A DNA stretch of 64,000 nucleotides from Octopus bimaculoides (Eukaryota), in assembly GCF_001194135.2 (NCBI RefSeq), contig NC_068984.1, positions 48,850,270-48,914,269 of the forward strand, read 5' to 3'. The translations under genes and the position numbers were made by a program. Within the stretch, counting starts at the first letter, position 1; every line of letters starts with the position of its first letter. Of the stretch, positions 10,516 through 24,745 are shown piece by piece. The notes below the pieces were generated by a model that was given only the letters and a program-made list of their open reading frames with translations, ran no database searches and was not told the DNA's origin.

Positions 10516-12699
10516 GTGTGTGTGTGACGTCTTTGAGTAGTGAGACGTTTTAGCGTCTATTTCTCAGCATATAGGCTAGAAAAATTTCCCAAACCTTTAT
10601 ACACATATATATATATATATAACGTGAAGGAATATGAATTTAGAATCCGGGCATGTACCTTATTAGCACTCTTATAATCCTGATCTGACTAACCACATCG
10701 AATAATAGGGAGTGTGCAAAATTGGTTAAAATAAACAATTACACGGCAGTTCACTCGATTGGTAAACGCTAAGTTCGCTTTATTAGATTTCGTATAGCGT
10801 ACTGAATATATAATCAAGGCATCATAAAGAGGGATGGTGAATTATAAATCTTCAAAGCGTGTTTATTACAATACTATTCTAATTAAATTCACATTAAATT
10901 CCGATCTGACACATGTTTCTGTTGAGATAAGTGTCCTAATGTCCTTTGACGCTGCATTTATGTGCATTTAGTTGCTTCAGTTGCAGTACATATTCATCCA
11001 AGGTGGATTTCCATGCAGTGTAGTTCAAGGTTTTACCCATGCCGGTGGGTGAAACAAACAGGATTAAAGTGTCAGATATTCATTCTTAAAGTATATTGTA
11101 GGTGATCATGATATTTCAGAGTACATGGCAGTGGAAAATGATTTGAAATACGATTTGGCCATTTTAGAATTTAAGAGAATAGAATATTTTATATACTCAG
11201 TTATAAAAAGAAAAAAAAAACAATTATGTCAGGATGCGTACACGTCACTGAGCACTCACAAGAAGGATAAAATAATTCTATAGAAGATAAATAGATAGAG
11301 GTAAAAGGAACCGAAAGACAGAGCAGCTTTCTAATAGTACCCAAGTATGTTATATCTTGAACGCTCAAACAATTGATTAGGTCCAGTAAAGAATACTTTT
11401 CGCTAGGTGATAATTCATGTTCTATTGGAGGTTCGGAAATGATACATTTGTTCGGACTTCTGTCAGGAACAGTGAAATGCAGCATGCTCTATCTCACTGC
11501 ATCTTTCTCTTCAGAATGCCAGGATTCATTTCCTTCAACGAAGAAGGAAAAAGGACTAATTTTCCCTACCTATGTTTCGCATTCTCTCAATGCCTATGAT
11601 ACGACATCAGCCTTATTGACATATGCAATGAGTCCACTCATGAAAACGCTATACGGAAAAAATCCGAATACTGCCGTGTACTAGAGGTTATGAGGTACGC
11701 TTTGTAGAAATAGTGCGCAGTACAAGTGTGAAGTATATGTAAAAGATACACAGATTATTTACTAATAGTATCAATAAAGCGAATATGTCATTGTGAAGAT
11801 TAGCTCCCGACCATCTAACACTGAATTCAGCCGAATAAGCTGAGTTTGCAGCAGTGATAAAGAGAAGGCGGAGGAGAGAAAGATGAAGCGTGCAAGAAAG
11901 TGTCGTGAAGACATGAAAAATCCAGAGAAACCGGATTTTTATCGACTGACCATTTTACGGGTGAAAGATTAAAAGTTAATTAAATATCTGATTATCAGAA
12001 TAAATCAAAGACGAGACAACCCTCAAGAAATGTCTATTATATACCCAGCACAACAACAGCATAAATTCTTGTCCTTTTAGAACCTTTACAATCAAATCTG
12101 AGTCCGGTCAGCCAGATATTTCTCAACCACTACGTATGAACATTTTAAAAAGCTGTTAGTAAAATATCTTACATGTGCAGAGAAAGGTATGTCAGATCTC
12201 TGAAGTGGAAGTTACAGAATATTCGAAATATTTTTACAACGCCATATCAAGCAGCACATTTGTCTAACATTGAATAAAATTTAGTAACAATATAAGTACA
12301 TATGATGTCACAAATAGCTTAAACATCCGGATCACAAAGCGCACCATAAAATAAAAACAGCAAATATTAACTAATTCTCTTTCATAGGGACGAGATAGAC
12401 ACAGAGAAAATTCATATCTGCACATAGTGAAAGAATTTCATCTTAAGATTTTCGAAGTTAGCGATGAAAAAGTAAACAACGCTCTGGATGAGGTTAATGA
12501 TTGAACTGCACTGATTTGATACCTGCATCTGTGTGTAAGAGAAAGAATGAAATAGGAAGGAAAGAGAGAGAGACAATAAGTTGCTATTATATTGTTATCT
12601 TATTTAGAATACTGCAACTCATCAAGAGGATGACGCAGCTGTGTGATAGACTGAACATCACTAAAGCACACACAATCATTTAAAATTTGCCAATTTAAA

Positions 12700-13090
12700 A
12701 CTACCACCACCTATACGATATAACTACTTGTACAACAACGTTAACAGCAAACACACCAGAAATACAAAGAGCAACGACAACAATAATAAGAAAAACAACA
12801 ATGCTGGTATCCTGTACGGTCTTGATGAATTAACTGCAAAAGATAAAGAAAGTAAATAGAGAGAGCAGCATTCATGATTGGAGTGGATAGAATTAAGAAT
12901 GAGCGCAACAGTGCTGGAGATACTGAAAATAATGAGGTAAGATACAACAACAAATGCACAGCAGCAATAGGGGCAACTGCAGAAGCTATAGCAATAACAA
13001 CAACAATAGAGCTAGTGAACTGCAAGAATATCATATAACAGCTACCACCACCCAATCATTAATATCAATAACATCAGCAGCACACAGCAG
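12700..13090. repeat. Degenerate (AAC/AAT/AGC)n low-complexity tract
   Basis: Repeated caacaa/caataa/cagcaa; explains the hydrophobic antisense ORF 12741-13055. Confidence 0.75.
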
Positions 13091-14763
13091 GTTACACACA
13101 TATGATATCTAAAATATAGTTGATTTGCCATTTCCCTCAAGCATTCGAACACTTTCATACATCCTGCAAAATTATATTAGAACTAATAAAAATAATAATG
13201 ATCATTATTGTTTTAGTTTTGTTTTCTCAAAGTGGTGGTGAATTGACAGAAACAGTAGGAATGTTTCTAGTTACGTTCTTGTACATTCTATGTTCAATTC
13301 CTTCTATAGATGATTTTTACAATCCTGTTAACAGGGTCGATAAAAGTAAAATATTAGTTATATAGAAGAACTGATTTAATCGAATATTGCTTCACTTAAA
13401 TGTATTGCCATGTTGTAAATATTCATTTCTAATATTGGCAGAAAGCCGCATCTTTCAACATAGGGTAGAGTCATTTAATTCAGCTCCGATATTTCAGTGT
13501 TATTTTAAGTTAACGATATCAGGACTTTCAAAAGTAGCGTTTACCTCTCTGAATTTGGACACAATACATAGAATTGTAAACAAACATCGCAAGGCATTTT
13601 GTCTGCAGTTCTAATAATTTTGGCAACCCATCCTTTTGTATATGTACTATTATTTACAATTGCGTTTTTTTTTTTGACACGGATTTCTTTTAAGTGGCAA
13701 AATATCGGAATATAACCGATTCAGAATCAAAACCACGTTGCAGAATTGTATCGATGATGTTAAAATACGCCGCCCAAAGCGAAAATACAACTCATAAATC
13801 TACTGAGCACAGGATATGTGATTATCACAACTAATAGGCCCAAAATGCTTTTAACTTAATATTCGACAATGTTTCGGTAAAATACACAAAATGTTTGGAA
13901 CAGAATTTAGCATATAACATTATAATACATAGTCCAAATAAATTTTTTTCTATTTAGCTGTCTCAAATTCTACATAATTGAGTATATTAATACTATAATC
14001 AAGTTGTTATTTGGCATTCAATATACAATGTAGTTATAAATTGTTCCTGCCTGTAGTCATATACTATATACAATGTAGTCATAAAGTACTCCTGCTTGTA
14101 GTCATAGATTATTCTTGCTTGTTCTTAATAATACAGACAACAGCTTAAGACAGTTGTAAAAGATAAACAAAATATACTTCGGACAAGTGTATTTCTTTAT
14201 AATCTGATAGTAGTAAAAAGTTCTTGCTACAGCTATAATCTTCTCAGAACCTTACACAATTGTAAGATCGTAGCGTGGATGTTTAGTTTGAACATCAGGA
14301 AGTTGACTCGTCTACGTTTGAAACGGTTGCTTTAAATGCATACTTTATCACAGGTGTTGCGAACGGAACAAGGAATTAGTTAGCAGCATAAAGAAGTTAC
14401 CACTAAAGCGTGTTTCCAAATTGTGCTGGAGAGGCATCTGAACTCGAAGCATGAAAGAGCTAACGTAGGAACAAATACACCAGAAGAAGCATACATCGAC
14501 TGTAAATTGTCCAATTGTTAGTGAACGATTAGCCAATACACCGAGAGAGTAGAGTTGCGTGTGTGTATTAACAGTTTATACTAAAGCTATTTTCCATCTA
14601 TGTCGTTCATAGAAACGTATTTCATTTTCATTCCTCGTTCAGGCCTAAGCATGAACTTCAAACACAACTAGAATAGATACCATCTTCAATTAAATCTACT
14701 GATAACCAATAACGTTAAAAATTGAAAAAGACGTCAAGTATACTGCTAAATGCTTTATACAGT

Positions 14764-14953
14764 AGGCACAGGGCCTAAATTTTCGGAAAGTCGGTTTGTC
14801 GATTACATAGACTCCAGTACTCGACTAGTACTTATTGTGTTGACCCCGAAATAGGAGAGGTAAAGTTGACATCAACAGAGTTAGAATTTATAATTTAAAA
14901 CTGGAATAAATTCCGGTAAGCATTTAGTCCGGTGTAATAACGATTCTACCAAC
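14764..14953 (-). mobile_element. SINE family E
   Basis: gtcgattacatagactccagtactcgactagtacttattgtgttgaccccgaa..aaagttgac..aagcatttagtccggtg. Confidence 0.8.
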
Positions 14954-15249
14954 TTAAGAGTATTACTACATGGGTGATTATTTCTATTTACTTTTGAATT
15001 TTGAAAATAATTTTTCACCTTTAATTATCTTTAATTTTTATATTGTCTCTTTCTACTTTTTTTTTTTCGTAATGTCCTAGTACAATGAAATTTACATCAG
15101 ATAGACAATTTTACCACAACCGTTTTAACATAGAACTTTGGTAATATCAAAATCATGAAAAGATACAGTAGTATATCAGATAAGGAGATATGTACACAGG
15201 TGAATATTGCACATGGACATATCTAGACATATTTTATAAATCATTATTC

Positions 15250-15969
15250 TTTCGAAACATGCATGCATACAAACATATTTACCTACACAAGATTTTCCGG
15301 TGAACTTTATCAGTACGGCCATGTCCAAGGCCCAGAACATGCCAGTGACAATACTGAGAAAAACCAACAAAATAATAAGGGAAAAACAGTTATTACTTTT
15401 GTCGTCAGTCACAAACCCCAACATCTCCCAATTCTCCAGCAATCCCCCAAAATGAATACACTCATAAAAGACTCAAAAATAATATATAGCAGACACCAAG
15501 TATCCAACCTGAAAAAAAAAAAAAACTCAAGAAGGCGAAAGTTATGGCTAACATTGTAACTATGCAAATTATGAAATGCGGGGAACCTCGATGCGGAACT
15601 TGTGAATACGTTGAAGAGGGTGGACAAATCTCCTTTGAAAACAATGAAATTTTCAAAGATAATGCAAGCATGAATTGCAAGGCAACAAATTTAATTTTCT
15701 GTGCAGCTTGCCCACAATGTAAAGAATACTACATTGGTGAAACTGGATCGGGACTACGTGACAGAGTTCGTATATATAAACAATAAATTAGAAACACCTC
15801 TGTCAGAAACACCACTTGCAGTGAACACTTTGCATCATGCAGAAAGGGAAAATTCACAATATTACCCTTCTTTAGGTTATGGTCTGACCACTAACACTTC
15901 TGGAAATGTAAATAAGAATTCTTCATTAGAAAGTACGAACCACTACTGAACACGAAAAATAATATTTAA
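15250..15969 (+). mobile_element. Penelope-like element 3' part: RT C-terminal linker + Cys finger + GIY-YIG endonuclease (pseudogenised)
   Basis: KII.SRHQVSNLK; CGEPRCGTC; MNCKATNLIFCAACPQCKEYYIGETGSGLRDR; CSEHF; FIRKYEPLLN. Premature TAA at ~15784 and an A-run frameshift near 15515. The extra Cys finger suggests the Neptune-type group (inference). Confidence 0.9.
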
Positions 15970-16059
15970 ACCGCTCCGACCTACAATAATGGGATTCTCA
16001 CTTTGTTTTAAAAAAAGATGCATATATCCAAATAGAACTGGATGAAACCCACACTTTCA

Positions 16060-16347
16060 AACATTCGCCGAACTGCTAGGTTACGGGGGTATAAACACAC
16101 CAGCATTGGTTGTCAAGCGATGTTGGGGGGACAAACACAGACACACAAACGTATACACACACATACATATATGTGTATATATATACGACGGCTACTTTCA
16201 GTTTCCGTCTACCAAATCTACTCACAAGGCTTTGGTCGGCGCGAGGCTATAGTAGAAGACACTTGCCCAAGTTGCCACGCAGTGGGACTGAACCCGGAAC
16301 CATGTGGTTCGTAAGCAAGCTACATACCACACAGCCACTCCTGCGCC
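16060..16347 (-). mobile_element. SINE family A, well preserved head, 3'-truncated
   Basis: Reverse complement ggcgcaggagtggctgtgtggtatgtagcttgcttacgaaccacatggttccgggttcagtcccactgcgtggcaacttgggcaagtgtcttctactatagcc..; internal (TA)/(TG); 3' half stops at ~16060. Confidence 0.95.
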
Positions 16348-18499
16348 TATATATNNNNNNNNNNNNNNNNNNNNNNNNNNNNNNNNNNNNNNNNNNNNNN
16401 NNNNNNNNNNNNNNNNNNNNNNNNNNNNNNNNNNNNNNNNNNNNNNTGTGTGTGTGTGAGTGTGTGTGTGTAATGTAGAAGTAAGAATGAACTTTAGGCA
16501 AATCATATTCGCATATACGTCATATTTATTCAGCCCTAGACCCAATATGCATGAATTTCTCCAAAAGTATATTCATTACATCAAACATATTAAAAATGCA
16601 TAGATAGATAAAATATATAGACTAAACAACAATGCATTAAAAATGTATTGAAAAAATAAATACATATATAGATTGACTTACAGATTATTAAACAGAGTCA
16701 TAAAAAGAGTTGAGTCTATAAGATAAAACAGTTTGGGTGTTACTAATCCAGATATTAATCCTACAGCAGCTTCTGGGGGTTCTGTTGTCCGATCATAAAA
16801 AAGATATTTAGATCCCTTTTTGGACACCACCTCCTTCAAGAGGGAAAATAAATCCCCAAAATGTTTCACATATGCTGCGTTTTTCTAATGGGAATTACCT
16901 ACTGAGTGTTTTTGTAGAGCCATATGCAAAAGACCAGGGAATTGAAGGATATTTGAGTGCTTAGAGGAGAAGATAAAATGCATGATAAGATAAGGCTACT
17001 GATGGCTTTATAGCTTGAGGGTAAGACGAGGGTAAGACGTTTTGTTTTATTTTTCAGAAGTTTCAATTAGTGTGGAAGCTGGTTCTCAACTCTATCCAGA
17101 ATCGTAATGCGTAAAATCTATGATTGGAAGGTGTAAGCAGCGTCGGAGAACCTATGTAATATCGAGATGTGTAGACGGAGAATATTTAACGACTCTTCAA
17201 AGCATAACCGGCATGCGCCTATCTTTGTATTATAAGAGGGACCTTACTATGGACCAAACCAGTGTATATTGTATGAATTGTGATTGAAGATCATGTATGC
17301 TTGTGGCTAATTATGTCGAGATTTGGTATTTTATCTTAGTGGAATAATTCAAGTGAGCTCGATATCGTTGTTTAAAATCTATGGTGCTACTTATGTAGGT
17401 CTTTGAGTGGTGTTTAACTGGTGTTTCTACATGACATTTAAAACTACATTTGTAAGCAGAGAGAAGTCCCGAAGTAGGCATGCATTAGGTTTACGACAAT
17501 TACAGGTTTTCCTTTTTGTTCTACCATTTATATTAGTTGTAGTATTGCTATTTTTTTGTGGTGCTGCACAAGGGTTTTGGGCGTTTATCAGTCTGAAGCT
17601 GAATTTTACATCTATAAATAGAGGCTATACGTACGTATATGTATGTATGTATTTATGTGTATACTTTTGCATGCTTATAATGTAGAGAAGTAAATATGCG
17701 AGTTAACATGATCTTCCCGCCCTTCCTAAACCAAACAAATATAAAAAATACATCTCTATCAAAAACATTTCAAAACTAACCATATATTTTTCTCTCTGCT
17801 ATCATCCCCATTTTGTCAAAAGACATGTATCTTACACATCATTAACACCTCTCCCCAGACACACCTAAACTTATATTTAACATAGAAAATTACTGAAGTT
17901 TCCCTGTATGAATTTAAGGTAGTTGATTCAGCCATGAGGAAGGAATTTGAAAAACATCTGACCGTAATATTTTCACCAAAGATCAACTATTCAAATGCAA
18001 CCAGCAGGTGTACACTTTCACAATCCCTTCATAAAACACTCTCTAAATACACCACCACCTACCAACTCCACTCTCAATCAATTATCTTGGTTTTAGCATT
18101 CACTATTTTCTGTAAGTTCTTGTTCATTAGCACTCCTTCACTCCCAAACTTATTACCAAGCCCCCGCCTACACCCCAGACACACCCAAATCTTATATATA
18201 TAGAATCACACAGCACAGCGCAACCTCAGATCAGTTTGATAATCGCCACCGGCGAATGCGAGGAAGTTCTACATAAGAGGTAACAGGGAATCTTTTAAAA
18301 AATCTCCACCTCCGATGTTAACAAAGAACTTACTAGATCTACCAACCAAACTGTAAAATTATATTATTGAAAAATTAAATTGATTAGAACTACCAGTGAA
18401 GTCATTCTTTTCCTTTCTGAAATATATATATATATATATANNNNNNNNNNNNNNNNNNNNNTATACAGAGAAAGAGAGAGAGAGAGAGAGAGAGGGATA

Positions 18500-18625
18500 G
18501 TCAGTTTCTTTCGATTTCTGCCAATCAGATCCTCTCGTAAGGCTTTGATCGACCCCAAGCTATAGTGGAAGATATTTACCTAAGGTGTCACGCAGTGGGA
18601 GTGAGCCCGGAACAACACGGTCACG
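18500..18625 (-). mobile_element. SINE family A 5' half, degraded
   Basis: tcagtttc..aaggctttgatcgacccc.agctatagtggaagata..cacgcagtggga..cccggaac. Confidence 0.8.
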
Positions 18626-18740
18626 CCTGCTGCTCTATGAATGCATACCCTGTATAGACACATATACGTGCACACATATACACATGTATATTGTATGTAT
18701 CTATGAATGTATGCATATATATATATGTATACTAGCGCGT

Positions 18741-19063
18741 GTGAAGGCACGTGGCTTAGTTGTTAGGGCATTTGATTCACTATCATAAGGTCGTGAGCTC
18801 AATTCCCGACGACGCGTTATGTACTTGAGCAAGATACTTTATTTCACGTTTCTCCAGTCCACTCATTTGGAAAAATGAGTAGTACCTGTTTTCCAAAGGG
18901 CCAGCCTTGTCACACTCTGCGTCACGCTGAATCTCCCTGGCAACTACGTTAAGGGTGCACGTGTCTTAGAGTGCTCAGCCTCTCGCACGTTAATTTCACG
19001 AGAAAGCTGTTCCATTTATCGTATCAGCTAGGACCCTCGTCGTCGTAACCGACGGAGAGCTCC
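18741..19063 (+). mobile_element. SINE family C, full length
   Basis: gtgaaggcacgtggcttagttgttagggca..gagctcaattcccg (tRNA head), acttgagcaagatactttatttcacg (CORE-like), tail ending cgtcgtaaccgacggagagctcc. Confidence 0.9.
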
Positions 19064-19337
19064 TTTACGCGCCTGTATGTTTGAGATAAACTGATGTTTT
19101 ATTTAAATCATCTCCATTTCCAGAGTTGATAAACTAATCCTTTGTTAGCAACTGTTACCAATACCAAATGAAAATGGGAGATAAACACAAGATCCAAGAA
19201 TTTCACACAGTTGGCAAAGAGTGACAGAAAACAGTCTTATTGTCTGAAGACAGTAGACCAGCTGTGTTTTATGGTTTGCTTTGTTTGTTTGTTTTTTGTT
19301 GTTTTTTTTATTTATTTATTTGCCTCACTCTACTATC

Positions 19338-19631
19338 ACGTGATCGTGATCGACCAGACTATCTGATGTTATACGTCACGAATGACAATGCGCTTTGCAT
19401 CGTTTTAGATTTCGAACGATGTCATCCCGCTGGCTAAGTGAGTAGGTCAACATCACCCGTCATTGGAAGCTAGTTTCTGGTAGGATTAAAGATTTACAGC
19501 TGAGCGGAGTGGAATAACGTGAAATGAAGCGTTCTGCTGAAGAACACAATGCACAGCTTGGTTTGGGTATCGAATCCAGGATGTAGCGATATTGAGGGCA
19601 ACTCCCTAACCTCTAGGCCACGCGGCTTCAC
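19338..19631 (-). mobile_element. SINE family D (same head, third tail type)
   Basis: Reverse complement starts gtgaagccgcgtggcctagaggttaggg..ggattcgatacc..ttcttcagcagaacgcttcatttcacg; tail differs from B and C. Confidence 0.8.
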
Positions 19632-20369
19632 AGTTTTCTGTTATAATGTCTAAAATGGTGTGAAACACGGAGTCATTTCAGTGACCTTAACGCTTTAATC
19701 TGGTCAAGACTTTGATTAACCAGAGTGCGTCGAATTAGTTGCGAGAAAGTAAATGCTGACTCCATGTATATTATTGACCTACTGCCATGTGTGAATGGCA
19801 CGCGCGCGCACACAAACACACACATTTATTTGTTTATTAACATACATTCACAGTTAATATTTACACTGGAAGACAAAACATCCTTTGAATTCTGCCTTAC
19901 CATCCTTTGCTAGTGATAAAAAGGATCATCTGAATTAGTGGCTTACTTTTGGATAGACATGCTAAACCTAGCAACTATTTTATAAGGGTGTACTTTAATT
20001 CTTTTTCAGTTACCGGGGGTGTGATTTGAACTCAGAACACATACATTCAAAATAAATACCAATCTGTATTAGTTCGAAGCTGAGTTATTCTGGCAATTAG
20101 TCACTCTAACAAGTATTTCAGTTATCTATACCGAACAGTTGAGAGACTACGTTGATCTGAGCGTTATTTCAGCTTGGTGTATATTGTGTTGAAACAAATC
20201 CATTCTATCCCACACTCTAATGATACTTAGAATGGTTCTATGTATGAATGAGTGTGTTGGCATTTGTATCAATGCGTATGGTGGTGGTGGTGGGGGTTAT
20301 ATGTGAGTGTGTGCACCAGTGACTTATTATATTGTTAAGTATTACATCTGGAGCAGGTGAAGCTCCTTC

Positions 20370-20495
20370 CTGAGACATATAGACACATAAGACCGCTATT
20401 TCGGTTTCTGTGGTGTATATATTCCCCAACGTGAAATGGAGCAACGTAACGCACTGCCCGGTCCAGGAATCGAAACCACAATCTTAGAGGCAAAC
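20370..20495 (-). mobile_element. SINE fragment (head/CORE-like region)
   Basis: gtgaaatggagcaac..gcactgcccggtccaggaatcgaaaccacaatctt. Confidence 0.55.
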
Positions 20496-21169
20496 ATCAT
20501 TTCTCAACAAGAATTATATATGCCAAAAGGAAATACAGATTTTTTATTATAACTGACTTGTAGTTCAAGCTGTTGACAATAGCGGCAAGTTAAATAAAAA
20601 TTACTATTTTGATACAAAAGAGAAAAAGAAATCACTAGAAAATATAGTAGTCCAGGAATTACAAAAATGTAGGATGATCATGGCTGGAAGACTTTTGATC
20701 ACAGTTTTGTTCAATTGTTTTCCACTTGCACTTAAATAACAAAAACATTAGCAACGAACACTTGCCGTGAAAATATCCCGAACATAATTCAACATTACAT
20801 TTACAACATAATATTTACAACACATAATTGTCAGCATATCGTTTTTCAACTACATGCGGAAAACGCTACGGAATATTCTAAATTAGAAGTAACATTTTAA
20901 GCCACGCTTTTATTTCACTACATTTCTTTGAATCATTTCGAAATAATTTGTTTCCTATAAGTTCACAACTATGCTTCCAGTAAGTCATACTGCAAACGTT
21001 GCAAATAATATTGTAGCATGAGCATATAAAAATGCCGTTTTGTATATCACCCTCATTGCAAGAACTTCATGTGCTGTGAAACCTAATTTCCTGTAACAAA
21101 GAAAGCAGTATAAATTGATTGCTTGTATCCTGCGTAGCAATAACCATTCCCAGAAAATTTCTTCTGTAG

Positions 21170-21496
21170 AGTTAGATGTTTGTGTGTTCGTGTGCACGCA
21201 TACACATGTACTCACAAACACACTAGCTTGCATATGCATTCATTTGCGTGCACACACAAGCACGCACGCACGCTCATACACACACACACACACACAAACA
21301 CAGACACATGTAAACTCGCACATGTCACTCTCTCAAAATACACACGCATGCACGTATATATTCTCATATCTGTTCTTGTATCTGAGTGCGTGTATATATA
21401 TATTAGTGTACACATACTTCAATTTAATGAATATAAACATATTTACAGAAATATGTGTGTGCATGTATAAAAGTGTGTGTAACGTACATATATATA

Positions 21497-21534
<38 letters not shown>

Positions 21535-21822
21535 TATATATATATATGCAGAGTGAGAGAGAGAGACAAAANNNNNNNNNNNNNNNNNNNNNNNNNNNNN
21601 NNNNNNNNNNNNNNNNNNNNNNNNNNNNNNNNNNNNNNNNNNNNNNNNNNNNNNNNNNNNNNNNNNNNNNNNNNNNNNNNNNNNNNNNNNNNNNNNNNNN
21701 NNNNNNNNNNNNNNNNNNNNNNNNNNNNNNNNNNNNNNNNNNNNNNNNNNNNNNNNNNNNNNNNNNNNNNNNNNNNNNNNNNNNNNNNNNNNNNNNNNNN
21801 NNNNNNNNNNNNNNNNNNNNNN

Positions 21823-21861
<39 letters not shown>

Positions 21862-21920
21862 TATATAGATACATGCATATATGTACATATATACATATAT
21901 ATGTGTATAGGTATGTAGGT
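21170..21920. repeat. Compound (CA)/(TA)/(GA) microsatellite region with assembly gap
   Basis: Direct inspection; source of the spurious HT/YI-rich ORFs. Confidence 0.95.
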
Positions 21921-22636
21921 ATATTCCTACTGTTATATATAATATGTTTTAATCTACTCTTAGGATGTCAACTGTTTCCAATATCCCGAGCCATTCCCCT
22001 TCGATAATGCCCACCCACACTCTTTAGATTCGGGAACGAGCCGAAATGAATCCTAAATTTATTGGCAAACAGCTATTGCTACCATAGTAATTTATCTCTA
22101 AGCAGGCAAGCAACCCAGCGCTTCGCTGACAAAAGCAAGGAAATCCGCCATAATAACATAATACAGATGTATATATGACATAATCGCATTGAACGTAATA
22201 CATTAAACATTATAAATTAATATTTGTTAATTCAGATATTTCATTTTTGTTGTGCATGCATTTATTTATTCATTCATTTATTTATGTATTTATTTTTTTC
22301 ATTCATTTACTCATTCAGTCGTTCATTGATTTATTTGACCTTTAACAAATATCAACTTTGATTAATATAGCATAAAGTAACCATTTCTTTATTTAAATAA
22401 TGGTATTATGATTATTACATAATCAAATCAGTTATGAAATCCATGTAAATAAATGTTGCAATTGAAATATACGCTATGTACGTGTAAAAGGCAATTCTGC
22501 AGATCCTAAGTTACTTTCTGTTGGTATGGTATAGAACGAAATTTCAATTGTGTAAATACATGTTATAACACAAGCACAAACAATTAATGCGCTGTGAAAT
22601 GTAATATGTGAATAGAAGTCTCTCTCTCTCTCTCTC

Positions 22637-22679
<43 letters not shown>

Positions 22680-23266
22680 NNNNNNNNNNNNNNNNNNNNN
22701 NNNNNNNNNNNNNNNNNNNNNNNNNNNNNNNNNNNNNNNNNNNNNNNNNNNNNNNNNNNNNNNNNNNNNNNNNNNNNNNNNNNNNNNNNNNNNNNNNNNN
22801 NNNNNNNNNNNNNNNNNNNNNNNNNNNNNNNNNNNNNNNNNNNNNNNNNNNNNNNNNNNNNNNNNNNNNNNNNNNNNNNNNNNNNNNNNNNNNNNNNNNN
22901 NNNNNNNNNNNNNNNNNNNNNNNNNNNNNNNNNNNNNNNNNNNNNNNNNNNNNNNNNNNNNNNNNNNNNNNNNNNNNNNNNNNNNNNNNNNNNNNNNNNN
23001 NNNNNNNNNNNNNNNNNNNNNNNNNNNNNNNNNNNNNNNNNNNNNNNNNNNNNNNNNNNNNNNNNNNNNNNNNNNNNNNNNNNNNNNNNNNNNNNNNNNN
23101 NNNNNNNNAAATGCAGCGGGCTCAATACTGAGATAGACTTTCCGTTATTATACAAATCCGCGCCGACTTGGACTTCATGTTTGCGTGAAGGCTTATATTA
23201 CCAGTTGTATAAAATACGAGACAAATGCTAATATCACAGTAAAAAGAATTCTCTCTCGCTCCGTAA

Positions 23267-23304
<38 letters not shown>

Positions 23305-23326
23305 TTCTTTCTATCTCTCTCTTCAT

Positions 23327-23477
23327 AGGCGTGGCTGTGTGGTAAGAAGCTTGCTTACCAACCATAAGGTTCCGGTTCAGTTCCACTGCGTGGAACCTTC
23401 GGCAAGTGTCTTCTACTATTGCCTCAGGCTGACCAAAGCCTTGTGAGTGGATTTAGCAGACGAAAACTGAAAGAAGC
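23327..23477 (+). mobile_element. SINE family A 5' half
   Basis: aggcgtggctgtgtggtaagaagcttgcttaccaacc..ggttcagttccactgcgtgg..ggcaagtgtcttctactattgcc..aaactgaaagaagc. Confidence 0.9.
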
Positions 23478-23559
23478 TTTTGCTATCGATAATGTTTAGA
23501 ATTTTGAATTTTCAGAGATTTGCTTGAATCTCTTAGAATAGCTCATCGTTGGCAATAAA

Positions 23560-24200
23560 AGCTAGTTTTACATGCATTGAAATGCTTTTCTTTTTTTACT
23601 GTCAATTATATTATGGTCGGATTACATTGGTGCTGGTGGTGTTTCTCGATCAGCTCTCTGATGTTCAACTTTTTAAATGAACTCTTCCTGTTTTCTAGTA
23701 AAGATTTCTTCCTCCTGAAACACAAAACTTTCAACAGATTTTACTGCGCTCACTAATCAAAGATGGTTCCATCAAAGATGGTGTCATTCTTTTGGTTATA
23801 CTTTATTTCCCAAATCCTTATTCTCTGAGAAGTGCTAGCTAGTGATTTCATTAGTCCTAGTTCCCCACGTTTCCGGAGCTTTGTTACGATGTTGTCAATT
23901 GCTAGTGATTTCCTTTTGAGTGCACTTATTACTTCAGCGATATTCTCCTGGAGAAGTAGAACATCATTAAACTCTCTGGTTTTATTGTTGTTATCAGTGA
24001 TATCACCAAATATGGTGATATCCTGTCTAAGTTTTCCATGATAATGTTCTCCCCAATGCACAAATAGTAGTTCTTTCTGAACATCTGTGATATACTGTTC
24101 CAAATTCAGGGTACATCTGTTGAACATTTTACTTGAGAGCACGAAACTCAAGTCAAAGCTGAAGCGGAGTGGATCATTTACAGCTGTTTAGCATGTAAAA
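23560..24200 (-). mobile_element. Degraded RTE-like LINE relic (tether/pre-RT region)
   Basis: ORF 23753-24151 contains EVISALKRKSLAIDNIVTKLRKRGELGLMKSL..IW, resembling the EV..AL..LK..KAPG.D.IPAELLK.GG..L...IW motif before non-LTR RT domain 0. Confidence 0.5.
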
Positions 24201-24624
24201 TCCTAACACATTTTCAAAAAGGTTATAGCCCGCTGAGAAAAATTTTTTCCGGGTGACTTCAGGTAGCAAATACCAACTGTGGGATTAGTAGTCAATAGTT
24301 AACCACAGCAGAACTTTGAAAATGTGTAGTAGCGGATAGAAACTGAAATTATGTGTGATTATGAGGGTAAGGCCAGCATTCGAAACCTAGTATTTTGCTT
24401 TAATAAAGATGCGAGTTTATAAGACGAGGAATTGGAATAATCACGTGAGCTGTAGTTGTGTACCTCTCACCATTAAGGTACACCAGGTGCAAAGTATTGA
24501 TATGAAGAGTTCTATGTTTTATTTTCCCGGTAATGTTACAAGATTAGCATAATGTAATTGGAGCAATCTTTCATACTCGAAGTTTATACATTAATTGTAG
24601 ATTTGGTGTGAATTTTCTAGACTG

Positions 24625-24627
24625 TTT

Positions 24628-24658
<31 letters not shown>

Positions 24659-24745
24659 GGGGAGAGAGAGAGAGGGAGAGAGAGAGAGAGAGGCAGAGAG
24701 AGAGCGAGGCAGACAGAGAGAGAAAGAGAGAGAGAGAGAGAGAAA
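24625..24745. repeat. (TG)n-(GA)n microsatellite
   Basis: Direct inspection. Confidence 0.95.

Noticed and set aside
12081-12493. Plus-strand splice-like signals (..ccttttAG 12080; AAG|GTATGT 12186; ..ctttcatAG then GRDRHRENSYLHIVKEF..)
   Set aside because: The first candidate exon has stops in all frames, phases are incompatible between candidates, and the peptides are unrecognisable.
14021-14110. Two ~45-bp imperfect tandem copies (tatacaatgtagt.ataaa..cctgc.tgtagtcata)
   Set aside because: Ordinary local duplication; not a spacer array.
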